In this document: piece after piece, positions 1 through 10,515 of the stretch
Position numbering within the stretch: the first letter of the stretch is position 1
How the letters are laid out: each line of letters opens with the position of its first letter
Assembly: GCA_965237905.1 (NCBI GenBank)
Contig: OZ250172.1
Location: 2,144,001-2,208,000, forward strand
DNA from: Nitrospinaceae bacterium
GTDB taxonomy: Bacteria; Nitrospinota; Nitrospinia; Nitrospinales; Nitrospinaceae
Length of the DNA: 64,000 bases
Reading direction: 5' to 3'
Notes under the pieces: generated by a model
The model's input: the letters and a program-made list of their open reading frames with translations, nothing else
Told to the model about the DNA's origin: nothing
Database searches by the model: none
Made by a program: the position numbers and the translations under genes

Positions 1-2157
1 CAGGAGTTGTTGAATCGCGATCCCAACCTGGTCGAGCTGGGAATTTTTTCGGCAATGTGGAGTGAGCATTGCAGTTACAAGAGCTCGCGTCCGCATCTCA
101 AGACGCTTCCGACCGAAGGTCCGCGCGTCATCCAGGGTCCGGGGGAGAACGCCGGGGTGATGGACATCGGCGACGGACTGGCGGCGGTGTTCAAGATCGA
201 AAGCCACAATCATCCATCGTTCATCGAACCCTATCAGGGCGCGGCAACGGGAGTGGGCGGCATCATGCGCGACATATTCACCATGGGTGCGCGTCCTATT
301 GCATCACTCAATTCGCTCCGCTTCGGCGATCCCGAGCACGAAAAAACCCGCTACCTGTTGAATGGCGTGGTCAAAGGCATCGCCGATTACGGCAACTGCA
401 TGGGTGTGCCGACCGTCGGCGGCGATATTTATTTCGACGCCTGTTACAATGGCAACATTCTCGTTAATGCATTTTGCCTGGGGCTTGCCAAAGCCGACCG
501 GATTTTTCTCGGCAGTGCATCCGGCGTCGGCAATGCGCTGTTGTACGTCGGCTCGAAGACCGGACGCGATGGCATCCACGGAGCCAGCATGGCCTCGGCC
601 GAGTTCGACGATGCCACCGAAGAAAAGCGCCCGACGGTTCAGGTGGGCGACCCGTTTACCGAAAAGTTATTATTGGAAGCCTGTCTCGAAATCATGAAAA
701 AAGACTGGGTGGTCGGCGTGCAGGATATGGGCGCGGCGGGTTTGTCGTCGTCCTCGTTTGAAATGGCGGAACGCGCCGGCATGGGAATGGAACTCGATTT
801 GGACGCTGTACCCCGGCGCGAAGAGGGCATGAACGCGTACGAGCTCATGCTGTCCGAATCGCAGGAACGTATGCTGTTCGTGGTGGAAAAGGGCCACGAA
901 TCCGAGGCCCTCGACATTTTCAGAAAATGGGACCTGGATGTGGCAGTGATCGGGCGGGTGACCGACGACGGCATTTTCCGCGCAAAGGAAAACGGAGTGG
1001 AGGTGGTGAACCTGCCCATCGAAACTGTGGTGACGGGCGCGCTGAAATGCGATCGCCCCACGCGCAAGCCGGCTTATCTGGAGGAGATGGGAACGCTCGA
1101 TTTATCGTCCCGTGAGGTTCCAGCTGACTGCGGGGATGTTTTGAAGCAGCTTTTGGCTTCGCCCACCATCGCTTCCAAGCAGTTTGTGTACGAGCAATAT
1201 GACCACATGGTGCGGCTGAACACGCTGGTTTTGCCGGGGTCGGATGCGGCAGTGCTCCGTGTTCCGGAAACCGACAAGGCGCTGGCCCTGTCCGTGGATT
1301 GCAACCCGCGTTACGGTTATCTCGACCCTTATAGGGGTGCGCAGATTGCCGTGGCCGAGGCCTGCCGAAATGTGGTGTGCGCGGGCGCGGAACCGATCGG
1401 CGTGACCAATTGTCTCAACTTTGGCAACCCGGAAAACCCGGAAATCATGTGGCAGTTTCAGGAAGCGGTGCGTGGGTTAGGCGATTTGTGTCGTTTCCTG
1501 GATATTCCGGTGGTCAGTGGCAATGTCAGTCTCTATAATGAAACGAAAGGCGAAGCAATTTATCCCACACCGACCATTGCGGTGGTCGGGTTGATGGAAG
1601 ACCGTTCGCTCCACTGCACCCAGGGTTTCAAGCAGGAAGGGCATGTGATTGGCCTGCTGGGGTCAACCTTGGAGGAGTTGGGCGGCAGTGAGTATCAGAA
1701 GCTGTTCTGGAACGAGTGCCGCGGCAAGCCGCCGCTCTTGGACCCGAAAACAGAGCAATCGGTTCATCAGGTTTGTCTGGGTTTGATTCGCAAACAGTTG
1801 ATCCGCTCGGCGCATGATTGTTCCGAGGGTGGATTGGCGGTGGCCTTGGCCGAGTCTTGTATCACCGGACCGAAGCCTGTGGGAGCGGCCATTGAATTGA
1901 ATGGAGACATGCGCGCCGATGCCCTGCTGTTCGGAGAATCCCAGTCGCGAATCGTCATTTCATTTTCGGAAGATACGTTGCCTGAGATCGAAGCCCTGGC
2001 ACAGAAAGCAGGCATTCCATTTTCCGTTTTGGGATTGATGGGTGGCCAGGATTTTCAAATCAAGATCAATCAGAAGGAATCCATTAACCAGAATATTCTC
2101 ACACTTGAGGATATTTGGAAAAACTCCCTGGGCCGTTATGGAAATCGAGTTGCCTGA
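1..2157 (+). CDS. purL: Phosphoribosylformylglycinamidine synthase subunit PurL (5' end lies before the window)
   Basis: [35 protein letters not shown] and SGNVSLYN motifs; the frame is open from base 1. Confidence 0.97.
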   Translation, partial: QELLNRDPNLVELGIFSAMWSEHCSYKSSRPHLKTLPTEGPRVIQGPGENAGVMDIGDGLAAVFKIESHNHPSFIEPYQGAATGVGGIMRDIFTMGARPIASLNSLRFGDPEHEKTRYLLNGVVKGIADYGNCMGVPTVGGDIYFDACYNGNILVNAFCLGLAKADRIFLGSASGVGNALLYVGSKTGRDGIHGASMASAEFDDATEEKRPTVQVGDPFTEKLLLEACLEIMKKDWVVGVQDMGAAGLSSSSFEMAERAGMGMELDLDAVPRREEGMNAYELMLSESQERMLFVVEKGHESEALDIFRKWDLDVAVIGRVTDDGIFRAKENGVEVVNLPIETVVTGALKCDRPTRKPAYLEEMGTLDLSSREVPADCGDVLKQLLASPTIASKQFVYEQYDHMVRLNTLVLPGSDAAVLRVPETDKALALSVDCNPRYGYLDPYRGAQIAVAEACRNVVCAGAEPIGVTNCLNFGNPENPEIMWQFQEAVRGLGDLCRFLDIPVVSGNVSLYNETKGEAIYPTPTIAVVGLMEDRSLHCTQGFKQEGHVIGLLGSTLEELGGSEYQKLFWNECRGKPPLLDPKTEQSVHQVCLGLIRKQLIRSAHDCSEGGLAVALAESCITGPKPVGAAIELNGDMRADALLFGESQSRIVISFSEDTLPEIEALAQKAGIPFSVLGLMGGQDFQIKINQKESINQNILTLEDIWKNSLGRYGNRVA

Positions 2158-3574
2158 TAACGACAAGTTTCATGAAGAGTGCGGCGTGGTGGCTGTCTAC
2201 GGCCATAAGGAAGCGGCCAACCTGGCCTATCTAGGGTTGTACGCCCTTCAGCACCGGGGGCAGGAAAGCGCCGGAATCACGTCCTGTGACCGCGGCCAGA
2301 TGTACCGGGAAGTCGGCATGGGATTGGTGGCGGATATTTTCAACACCAAGCGCATCAAGCGTCTGCCCGGCAACATGGCGCTGGCCCACAACCGGTATTC
2401 CACCGCAGGGGACAGCAAAATCATGAACGCCCAACCCTGCCTGATCAATTACGCCAAGGGCTCGCTGGCTCTGGCGCACAACGGGAATCTCGTCAACGCG
2501 AACACGATCCGCGAAGCCCTCGTGGAAGAAGGCGCAATTTCCCAATCCACCAACGACAGCGAAGTGATCGTTCATCTGATCGCCCATTCGCATTCCGAAA
2601 CGTTTGTCGAACGAGTGGTGGAGGCCCTGCTGGCGGTCAACGGGGCGTACTCGCTGGCGTTGATGACCGATACCGAAATCGTCGCCGCGCGCGATCCCTT
2701 CGGGTTTCGTCCGCTGTGTCTGGGTAAACTGGACGGGGGATATATCGTCGCGTCGGAATCCTGTGTCATGGATCTGATCGAAGCGGAGTTTATTCGTGAA
2801 ATAGAACCTGGCGAGGTGTTGCTGATCAATAAGGATGGTTTGAAATCGTTTTTCCCGTTCCGGAAGATGGAAGTCAAGCGTTGTATCTTTGAGCATATCT
2901 ATTTTGCGCGCCCGGACAGTTTCCTGTTCGGCGAGAATGTGTACGCTGTGCGCAAGCGCATGGGCATAGCGTTGGCCCGGCAGTCGCCGGTAGCGGCCGA
3001 TATCGTGGTGCCGGTTCCTGACTCAGGCAATATCTCCGCACTCGGTTACTCGGAAGAGTCGGGCATTCCTTTTGAAATGGGGCTGATCCGTAACCATTAT
3101 GTGGGGCGGACTTTTATCGAGCCGAAATCACAGATCCGGCATTTCGGCGTGAAGGTGAAGCTGAACGCGGTGAAGGAAATCATCAAAGGCAAGCGGGTGA
3201 TCATCATCGACGATTCGATTGTGAGGGGAACGACCAGCCGGAAAATTGTCAAGATGGTGCGGGCGGCGGGAGCCAAAGAGGTGCATGTCCGTATCAGTTC
3301 ACCACCTACCCTGTATCCCTGCTTTTACGGGATCGATACTCCGGATCGCGAACAACTTATCGCTTCCAAGCATACCCTGGAGGAGACCCGCCGTTATGTT
3401 ACCGCCGATACGCTGGAGTACATCGACATCGACAACATGATGGACACCATGGATAGTGAGAAGTCCACTTACTGCGCGGCCTGCTTTGATGGCAATTACG
3501 TGGTGCCGGTGGACGGCAAAGGAACCCAACCGATCCAACTCAACCTGTTCGGAAGCGAAACGAAAGAAGTCTGA
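2138..3574 (+). CDS. purF: Amidophosphoribosyltransferase
   Basis: Propeptide then EECGVV (catalytic Cys), [13 protein letters not shown] loop [12 protein letters not shown]-terminal CAAC; ATG at 2138 overlaps the purL end. Confidence 0.97.
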   Translation: MEIELPDNDKFHEECGVVAVYGHKEAANLAYLGLYALQHRGQESAGITSCDRGQMYREVGMGLVADIFNTKRIKRLPGNMALAHNRYSTAGDSKIMNAQPCLINYAKGSLALAHNGNLVNANTIREALVEEGAISQSTNDSEVIVHLIAHSHSETFVERVVEALLAVNGAYSLALMTDTEIVAARDPFGFRPLCLGKLDGGYIVASESCVMDLIEAEFIREIEPGEVLLINKDGLKSFFPFRKMEVKRCIFEHIYFARPDSFLFGENVYAVRKRMGIALARQSPVAADIVVPVPDSGNISALGYSEESGIPFEMGLIRNHYVGRTFIEPKSQIRHFGVKVKLNAVKEIIKGKRVIIIDDSIVRGTTSRKIVKMVRAAGAKEVHVRISSPPTLYPCFYGIDTPDREQLIASKHTLEETRRYVTADTLEYIDIDNMMDTMDSEKSTYCAACFDGNYVVPVDGKGTQPIQLNLFGSETKEV

Positions 3575-3598
3575 ACGGCTGACTCCCGCCTTAACGGT

Positions 3599-4147
3599 TT
3601 ATTCTTTCCATTTGATGGAACAACCCACGGACGAGACTTGGTCGTCGTTGACCTCTTGGTCCGTGAGGAGGGCTTCGATGGCGTCTTTCAAATCGTGGCG
3701 GGTGATTTCATCCGGGTGCTGCCAGTTGTCGTCGACACGGCCCCGGTATTTCAGAGTTCGCTCGATTCCGTAAACATAGATATCCGGCGTGCATACCGCA
3801 TCATAGGCCTTCGCGGATTCCTGGGAAGCATCGAACAGGTAGGGAAAGGGGAGCTGTTTTTTCTCGGCCAGGGCTTTCATGTTTTCCGGGGAGTCATCGG
3901 GATATTTTTCCACGTCATTCACATTGATGCCCACCAACCGCACGGACTGCTCCGCGTATTCGTTTTGCAGGTTGATCAATCGCCTCAGCACGGCTTTCAC
4001 GTAGGGGCAGTGGTTGCACATGAAAATGATGACCAGGATCTTTTTGTCCCCAAAGTTCATCAGGGAATACGTTTTACCGTCGGTGCCGGGCAGATTGAAA
4101 TCGGGCGCCGGGGTGCCCAACGGCACCATTGTGGAATGCTCTGCCAT
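3599..4147 (-). CDS. Thioredoxin-family (AhpC/TSA, redoxin) protein
   Basis: APDFNL, MCNHCPYV (CxxC), CTPD, YRGRVDD, GCSIKW. Confidence 0.9.
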   Translation of the reverse strand: MAEHSTMVPLGTPAPDFNLPGTDGKTYSLMNFGDKKILVIIFMCNHCPYVKAVLRRLINLQNEYAEQSVRLVGINVNDVEKYPDDSPENMKALAEKKQLPFPYLFDASQESAKAYDAVCTPDIYVYGIERTLKYRGRVDDNWQHPDEITRHDLKDAIEALLTDQEVNDDQVSSVGCSIKWKE

Positions 4148-4228
4148 GATCGAAAGTCCCCTATCGCTCGAGCCTGTCGAAGATTGAATTTAAGTTATTT
4201 ACAAAAACGTTCCCTGAGCCGGAGACTG

Positions 4229-5137
4229 TTAGCTTTTACAGCTCATGCCGGACACTCTACAAGTATAACACGCAGAATGATAAAGAGGGAAGGGGTGCAG
4301 GGTCTCTTCGATGGTGTCGCCCATGCGCGCGGGTTCTTCTTCGATCAGGATCGGGCACACGTACACACCCTTGGCCGTCACCATCCGCGAGCTGGCGCAC
4401 TGCAGGTTGGTGATGGGAAAGCTCTCGAAACATTTCTCGGTGACGCGCTCGTTGGCGTGATACTCGCGTTCGTTCACTGCCAGTTCTCCCATCAGAAACC
4501 CGGGCAGGAATTTGACCTGCGGATTGGGAACGTCGTGTCCCCGCATGAACGTCAGAGCTTTCCTTTCCATTGCGGGGTCCTCCTCCTCGTCCCAACTGCG
4601 CACCATGGTCAGGTGTGCGGAGAATCCGGCTTCCGCCAGGTAGCGGATGCCGCGCAGAGCCAGCTTGAAGCAGTTTCTGCCGCGAATCGCGTCGTTCTCT
4701 TTTTCGTCCAGGCTGTCGAGGCTGACTCTGAATTGTAATTTGTTTTTGGAGCGGGCCTGGAGTTCTGCCAGGCGTTGCGCTTTCTCTTTGCTGATGAGCA
4801 TCCCGTTGGTCAGCGAGGTGCAGGGACCGTATTCGAGAATCGCTTCGTAAATCTCGAGCAGTTCCGGATTGAGAAACACCTCGCCGCCGGTGATGTAATA
4901 ATCTTGAATGCCGAGATGCTTCGATTCCTCCAGATGCTTTCGGACCTGCGCCAGGGTCATCAGCGGATGATTGGTATTTTGCGGAGTGCAGCTGATGAAG
5001 CAGTGCGTGCAGGTCAGGTTGCACACCGTGCCCCCGACCTGAAGCCACAAGGTATCGAGACCCGCCATCGGCACTTCGGGAATTTTCGCGATCTCAGGTT
5101 TCTTTTCCGGTATCGGTATATGCGGCGCAAGATTCAT
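4229..5137 (-). CDS. Radical SAM protein with Cys-rich C-terminus
   Basis: CNLTCTHC (CxxxCxxC), TGGE, LTNG; extra Cys in CASSRMV, VCP and HSACYTC. Confidence 0.9.
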   Translation of the reverse strand: MNLAPHIPIPEKKPEIAKIPEVPMAGLDTLWLQVGGTVCNLTCTHCFISCTPQNTNHPLMTLAQVRKHLEESKHLGIQDYYITGGEVFLNPELLEIYEAILEYGPCTSLTNGMLISKEKAQRLAELQARSKNKLQFRVSLDSLDEKENDAIRGRNCFKLALRGIRYLAEAGFSAHLTMVRSWDEEEDPAMERKALTFMRGHDVPNPQVKFLPGFLMGELAVNEREYHANERVTEKCFESFPITNLQCASSRMVTAKGVYVCPILIEEEPARMGDTIEETLHPFPLYHSACYTCRVSGMSCKS

Positions 5138-5249
5138 GGGTTCAGCCTAACAGAAGTGGTATTTAATGTTCAACCTGTAACACTATTAGAGGGGAAAATC
5201 TGTTGAATCTTGGTCGGTTGTGAGGCAGAAAACTTACAGAAAAACCGGG

Positions 5250-6371
5250 TTACAGTCCGGCGGATTCGTAGGAGTCGCTGATATTTTTGATGCGCAGTTT
5301 GCGGCGCAGGGCGGCGAATCCCTCGGAGGCGGTTTTGCCGAGAGTGGATTGATACACCGGCCGTTGGGCGAGGCGGGCGGTCTTTGGCTTGTCGGTATAA
5401 AAGGGCGCGTCCAGCGGGCTGATCCAGCCACTGGCGGGGTACAGCCACTTCAAATTCAGTTTTTCCTTCTGCGCGGTTTTATGGAGATGATCCGCCACCT
5501 GTCGCATTTCCTGCAGGTCGTCTTTCAGATGCAGGCCTTGCCCGGGAATTTTAATCAGAGGCAGAATGCCCTGTTTCGATAGGGCGGTGATCTTTTCCAA
5601 TAATGGTTGCGGATGCTTGAGGTCCAGCACCAGTTCGGTGGTGACGGTACCGGGACCGAACATGCCTGCCGCATATTCGAGGCCCTTCGTTCCCTGTTTG
5701 ACAGGGAAAGCCGGTTGCGGCGATCCATCCTCTGCGTATTGCTCCAGCGGGAACGCGATCAAATCCACCCCCGCCGCGTAAAATGAATCGATGATCCCGA
5801 GGTCATCCGGCGGGAATCCGCGCAGGGCGACAAACGTCCGGAAATTTTTCTTGATGCTTTGCACCAACGGCGCGAGTCGCGAAAACCCCCGGTCCTTTTC
5901 TGCGCAATGTTTCATGTTGAGTTGCACCAGGTCCGCCACGCCTTCCTGAAAAGCGGTGCGGATGAGACTCACCGTATCTTCCAGGCTCAGGTTCAACTGG
6001 CGCGTGTTGTCTTCCAGGCTCAGGTTGACATTGAGGCAGTACCCGTCGAGTTGAATCAATGCGGATGCCGGGTTGCGGGATGCTTGCGGATCCTTTAAAA
6101 ATTGGGGCGCAGGAATCACGCCGACTTCCAGCGGACCTTTTTCCAGGTTCAGAACCACTTTGTCATCCTGAACGTCGATCAGGGTGGCTGAACTCTTATC
6201 CGGATTCACCCGCGCGCGTACGAAAAAATCCTCCGCCAGCGACAAAACGATACTCTGCCCGTCGCCTTCCGGAAAAATTCCCGGCGCGACGAGGTCGTGG
6301 CTCCGCACGTTTTGGGCAAAGGCGACGCCCCGGTGCAGAAGTTCCAGTTTGAGTTGTCCCAGTGTGTTCAT
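5250..6371 (-). CDS. Radical-SAM-fold protein lacking the CxxxCxxC motif (probable pseudoenzyme)
   Basis: LKLELLHRGV, DRG, PPDD, AAGVD.I.F.LE and FGPGTV resemble MSMEG_0568-like radical SAM proteins, but there is no tri-Cys motif. Confidence 0.6.
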   Translation of the reverse strand: MNTLGQLKLELLHRGVAFAQNVRSHDLVAPGIFPEGDGQSIVLSLAEDFFVRARVNPDKSSATLIDVQDDKVVLNLEKGPLEVGVIPAPQFLKDPQASRNPASALIQLDGYCLNVNLSLEDNTRQLNLSLEDTVSLIRTAFQEGVADLVQLNMKHCAEKDRGFSRLAPLVQSIKKNFRTFVALRGFPPDDLGIIDSFYAAGVDLIAFPLEQYAEDGSPQPAFPVKQGTKGLEYAAGMFGPGTVTTELVLDLKHPQPLLEKITALSKQGILPLIKIPGQGLHLKDDLQEMRQVADHLHKTAQKEKLNLKWLYPASGWISPLDAPFYTDKPKTARLAQRPVYQSTLGKTASEGFAALRRKLRIKNISDSYESAGL

Positions 6372-6372
6372 G

Positions 6373-7776
6373 CTATAAACGGTCCAGCAGTTTCTGGTGA
6401 ATGCCGTCGAATCCGCCGGAGGACATGATCATCACCACATCACCCGGCTGTTGATGTTCGACGATAAAATCGATGATTGCTTCCACCGTCGGTAAGAATT
6501 GAGCCTCGCGTCCTTGGGCCCGGATCGTTGCCACTACCTTTTTCGGGTCGAGCCGTTCCTCCGCTTGCAATTTATCCGGCGCGAACAGATCAGCGATGAT
6601 CGTTTGGTCCGCCAGCCGGAAACTTTCCGGCAAAGACTCCTCGAACGTTTTGCGGCGCGAGGTGGCGGAACGCGGCTCGAACACCGCCCAAATCCGATGC
6701 CCCGGCCAGGCGTCTTTCGCCCCTTCCAGCGTCAGGTGGATCGCGGTGGGATGATGCGCGAAATCGTCGATCACCGTCACCCCGTTTTTTTCTCCGATCA
6801 CTTCCTGGCGGCGCTTGATCCCTTTAAAATTTTTGAGTCCGTCAGCGACCGCATCGGCCGACAGGCCGCACTTGAGGGCCAGGGCCGTCACTGCCGCAGA
6901 GTTGAGTATGTTGTGCCGCCCGATCATCGGCAGATGGAAACGGCCCACCTTTTTACCGTGATGGTTCAGGGTGAACTGACCGTGCCCGTCCTCGAAACGG
7001 TAATCGGCAACCTGCCAGTCGGCCTGGTCCGAAAACCCATAGGTCTCCACTTCGCATTGTGCCTTATTGATCACATCTTTCGTGTTTTTATCGGAAAATT
7101 CAACCAAAAGAAAACCTTTGGGGTCGATTATTTCCATAAATTTCCGAAACGACTCTTTGATATGGTCCAGATCTCGGAAAATATCGGCGTGATCGAATTC
7201 GATGCTCGTCAGAATCGCCGCGTAGGGCCGGTAATGGAGAAACTTGGGTCCCTTGTCGAAAAAGGCGGTGTCGTATTCGTCGCCTTCGGTGATGAACCAG
7301 TCGCCCTGCGGGAGTTTGTGGTTGGTGTCGAAATTCTTGAGCCAGCCGCCCACCATGAAGCCGGGTTTCTGCCCGCAGGCCTCGAACACCCAACTCAGCA
7401 TGGCGGAGGTGGTGGTTTTGCCGTGGGTGCCGGTAACCACCAGCGATTTCCGCCCCTCCAGGAAAAACCGCGACAGCGCCTGCGGCATGGATATATACGG
7501 GATGTCCGCCGCCTGCACCGCCAGCACTTCCTCATTGTCCTTGGACACCGCGTTGCCGACGACCACCAAGTCGATCTTGCCGGTGATGTTTTCTTTTTTG
7601 TAGCCGGGCTTGATTTCGATCCCGATGTTTTCCAGCAGGGTGCTCATTGGGGGATAGATGTTGGTATCCGATCCGGTCACCCGGTATCCCGCCCCTTTCA
7701 GGAGCCCGGCGAGGGAGGCCATACCGGTTCCGCAAATGGCAATGATGTATATGTTTTTAATCTCTTTGGGATTCAT
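6373..7776 (-). CDS. mpl: Murein peptide ligase Mpl (MurC-like)
   Basis: ICGTGMASLA, YPPMS, GTHGKTTT, EGDEYDTAFFDKGPKF, DDFAHHPTAI, MSSGGFDGIH. Confidence 0.93.
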   Translation of the reverse strand: MNPKEIKNIYIIAICGTGMASLAGLLKGAGYRVTGSDTNIYPPMSTLLENIGIEIKPGYKKENITGKIDLVVVGNAVSKDNEEVLAVQAADIPYISMPQALSRFFLEGRKSLVVTGTHGKTTTSAMLSWVFEACGQKPGFMVGGWLKNFDTNHKLPQGDWFITEGDEYDTAFFDKGPKFLHYRPYAAILTSIEFDHADIFRDLDHIKESFRKFMEIIDPKGFLLVEFSDKNTKDVINKAQCEVETYGFSDQADWQVADYRFEDGHGQFTLNHHGKKVGRFHLPMIGRHNILNSAAVTALALKCGLSADAVADGLKNFKGIKRRQEVIGEKNGVTVIDDFAHHPTAIHLTLEGAKDAWPGHRIWAVFEPRSATSRRKTFEESLPESFRLADQTIIADLFAPDKLQAEERLDPKKVVATIRAQGREAQFLPTVEAIIDFIVEHQQPGDVVMIMSSGGFDGIHQKLLDRL

Positions 7777-7831
7777 AGGAATCGGCAATTGTAGGTTTTA
7801 CCTGGATTAAAGTCAAATGAGGTCTGCGGGA

Positions 7832-8476
7832 TCAGCGGGCGAATTGTTTCAGTTCCGAGAGGTCGTCGATGATCCAGTCGGGTTGGGCGGATTCGAGGGA
7901 TTCGCGTCCGGCATGACCGTAGGTGACGCCGCAGGTCCGGACGCCCGCCCGCTTGCCGGTTTCGACGTCCACCAGGCTGTCGCCGATCATGAGGGTATCT
8001 TCCGGGCGCACCCCATGTTGTTCCAGAATGTGGTGCAGTCCTCCGGGGTCGGGCTTTTTTTCTGCCATCAGATCACCGCCGATGATGGTCGAAAAGGGAT
8101 CACGGCAGTCCAGCGCGTCCAGAATCTGGGTGATAAAACGGGTGGGCTTGTTGGACAGGATGGTATTCTCTTTATGGGCAAAATGCTCGAGGATCTCGCG
8201 GCAGTTCGGGAACAGATCGGTCTGGTCCATCAGGTGTTCTTCATAGTGCCGCATGAAAGCGTCGATGGCGCGGGGCAGGTCGTCGTATCCCGTCCCTTCC
8301 AGCGACCGGGTCATCAGGTGGTTCACGCCTTTGCCGATGAAGGTGTACAGTCTTTCCCGGTCGAGTGTTCGCAGTTCCAGTTCCTTCAGGGTCCGATTGA
8401 CCGAGTCGACGATATCTTTTTTGGTATCGACCAGCGTGCCGTCGAAATCGAACACAAACAATTGGAAGGAAGTCAT
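7832..8476 (-). CDS. HAD-family hydrolase, phosphoglycolate phosphatase-like
   Basis: FDFDGTLVDT, SNK, KPDP, IGDS motifs. Confidence 0.88.
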   Translation of the reverse strand: MTSFQLFVFDFDGTLVDTKKDIVDSVNRTLKELELRTLDRERLYTFIGKGVNHLMTRSLEGTGYDDLPRAIDAFMRHYEEHLMDQTDLFPNCREILEHFAHKENTILSNKPTRFITQILDALDCRDPFSTIIGGDLMAEKKPDPGGLHHILEQHGVRPEDTLMIGDSLVDVETGKRAGVRTCGVTYGHAGRESLESAQPDWIIDDLSELKQFAR

Positions 8477-8518
8477 AAGATCAACGTCACCAGAAATTCA
8501 ACCGGACTCGGGTTCCGC

Positions 8519-8827
8519 TTAATCCATGTTGGAGGCGTACCGGTAGGCCCGGACGACATTATCTTTATCGAACAGGACCACCAGTTCCTTGGACTTATCC
8601 TTGCCGATCGATTGCCAGGTATCAAATTGATACGTCCACATGGGATTGCCGTTACGCACGCCTTCCTTGAAGGCCACGCCGAACCAATCGAGGATTTGCA
8701 ATTGGGTGGTGACGCCATTTTGGATTTCATCAACATGGACCACGGGGAAATTTTTGCCCGTCGATCCGCAACCGGCCAGAAACAGCGTGATGAACAATGC
8801 GGAAAAGAGGAGAACGCAACGCTTCAT
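8519..8827 (-). CDS. SmpA/OmlA (BamE-like) outer-membrane lipoprotein
   Basis: Lipobox LAGC; IQNGVTT..ILDWFG, WTY, LVVLFDKDNVV pattern; SD GGAGG. Confidence 0.75.
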   Translation of the reverse strand: MKRCVLLFSALFITLFLAGCGSTGKNFPVVHVDEIQNGVTTQLQILDWFGVAFKEGVRNGNPMWTYQFDTWQSIGKDKSKELVVLFDKDNVVRAYRYASNMD

Positions 8828-9015
8828 GCCAAACCTCCATGGATAGGGATTGAATATTATTTCTCAAACCTGTAAAAGAATAAAAGTTGGTCCGCCCGCC
8901 GGGCCAGCGCAACGCTGGACCTAAATTATGAACTGCGCCCAGTGACATTTTTTTGGGGCAATGGTCAGCCAGTTCCCCCTCCGGGCAGGAGGCGGCCTAA
9001 GTTTAACAAATTGGA

Positions 9016-10077
9016 ATGCAAATGTGTAACCTCTCCACAACTCTTCCGGCACGACATTTTTATACACTGATTTTATTGGTTTTATTCCTCTGGGCAAGCG
9101 CCGGATGTGTTTCCGGCCCGGATCCTTCGGAGCACGATAATGCTGTTTCTCCGAAAGCCGTGGAACCCGCTGTCCCCGAAATGGCGGTACCCGACGGCTA
9201 CATCGAGCCTATTCCTCCTTTACCGAAAAAGGGATACCTGCTCAAAGAGCTGGCGAAGGACGTTTACTTTTTTTCGAATGGTGTCTACAACAACCTGTTC
9301 ATCGTGACCTCGGAGGGGATCATCCTCACCGATCCCATTCGCGGTGCCGGTCCTCTGTTGAAGAAAGCCATGGGGGAGGTGACGACGTTTCCCATAAAAA
9401 TCATGATTTATACCCATCCGCATCTGGATCACATCGGCGATGCCTCCCTGTTTGCCGAGGGGGCGAAGATTATCGCGCACAAGGAAACGCAATTGCTGCT
9501 ACAGCGGTACAAGGATCCGGCGCGCCCGGTGCCGCAAATCACTTTTGGCGAAAAGTCGGTCATCGAGTTGGGCGGTGTACGGGTCGATTTGATTTATCCC
9601 GGCGACGGGCACGGCAAGGGCAACATCATGATCTACCTGCCGCAGAAAAAGATACTCATGTTCGTCGATGTGGCCACGCCGAAATCGGTGCCGTTCAAAA
9701 ATTTTGGAACAGTCGATATCTACAGCCAGATCGTGGGATTGAAACGGGCTTTGCAGTTGGATTTCGAAACCTATGTCGCCGGGCATTTGTACCGTCCCGG
9801 CAAGCGCAGTGAAATGGAGGAGGTGCTGAAGTATTACCTGGCCTCCAAGCGTGCCAACGCCGAGGCGATGCGACGGGTCAATATTCGTGAGGTGATGCAG
9901 AAGTCGCAATCGAAAGATATCGAGCGCAAGATGGGGGAATACTACGAGGCGGTGGCGGAGGAGTGTTATCGTCTGTTGAAACCGGAATGGAAACCCCGGC
10001 TAATGGGATTCGAGGCCTTCGCCCGCGGCCACTGCGACACCTGGACCGCTTTTCATCGTACCCATAAAGCCCCCTAA
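9016..10077 (+). CDS. Metallo-beta-lactamase-fold hydrolase, probable lipoprotein
   Basis: THPHLDH (HxHxDH), GH, D and GH ligands; SAGC lipobox. Confidence 0.85.
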   Translation: MQMCNLSTTLPARHFYTLILLVLFLWASAGCVSGPDPSEHDNAVSPKAVEPAVPEMAVPDGYIEPIPPLPKKGYLLKELAKDVYFFSNGVYNNLFIVTSEGIILTDPIRGAGPLLKKAMGEVTTFPIKIMIYTHPHLDHIGDASLFAEGAKIIAHKETQLLLQRYKDPARPVPQITFGEKSVIELGGVRVDLIYPGDGHGKGNIMIYLPQKKILMFVDVATPKSVPFKNFGTVDIYSQIVGLKRALQLDFETYVAGHLYRPGKRSEMEEVLKYYLASKRANAEAMRRVNIREVMQKSQSKDIERKMGEYYEAVAEECYRLLKPEWKPRLMGFEAFARGHCDTWTAFHRTHKAP

Positions 10078-10098
10078 CCGGACAAGGCAGGCAACTTT

Positions 10099-10126
10099 CA
10101 CTGCAGAGGACGCAGAGGGCACAGAG
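10099..10126 (+). repeat. REP-like short repeat CACTGCAGAGGACGCAGAGGGCACAGAG
   Basis: Three 9-bp-period CAGAG units in intergenic DNA. Confidence 0.5.
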
Positions 10127-10227
10127 AAAACCAAAGGCAGACAGGTCCTCCCAAACAGGTGATAACCATCAACATCCTGGAGGAACGAATAACGGGATCA
10201 GTAGGATAAACAGGATTTCAAAAATCT

Positions 10228-10265
10228 CCTCTCCCCTTAGGGGAGAGGATTAAGGTGAGGGGTGG
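10228..10265 (+). repeat. REP-like palindrome, copy 1 (CCTCTCCCC-TTA-GGGGAGAGG plus ATTAAGGTGAGGGGTGG)
   Basis: Hairpin; 10240-10265 is identical to 58366-58391. Confidence 0.8.
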
Positions 10266-10289
10266 AGTGTTAGCTACCAATTATTTCAG

Positions 10290-10376
10290 ATATCAACCCA
10301 GATCCTTTGTTTCACTCAGGATGACAAATAATATTGTATTGTCATTCTGAACGCAGTGAAGAATCTGGGTTTATAT
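10290..10376. repeat. Inverted pair of GTCATTCTGA...GAATCT-type REP units
   Basis: CCCAGATCCTTTGTTTCACTCAGGATGACAA is an imperfect inverted copy of TTGTCATTCTGAACGCAGTGAAGAATCTGGG. Confidence 0.8.
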
Positions 10377-10515
10377 TGCCTCTGGCCGTAGTCCGTTCAG
10401 TTTTACGAGGATTGGTATTATTTGTAAGGTTTTAAACGTTTCCTATACAATACACACGTAATATTATCGGTTTCCAGTGGGTTCCTCTATTGCATTGAGC
10501 AGGAAAGGTGTTGCC

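Noticed and set aside
8885..9000. ZTP or fluoride riboswitch in the divergent intergenic region (GCCCGCCGGGC; GGCAATGG)
   Set aside because: Only fragments match; the required P1 and pseudoknot partners were not found, leaving ordinary small hairpins
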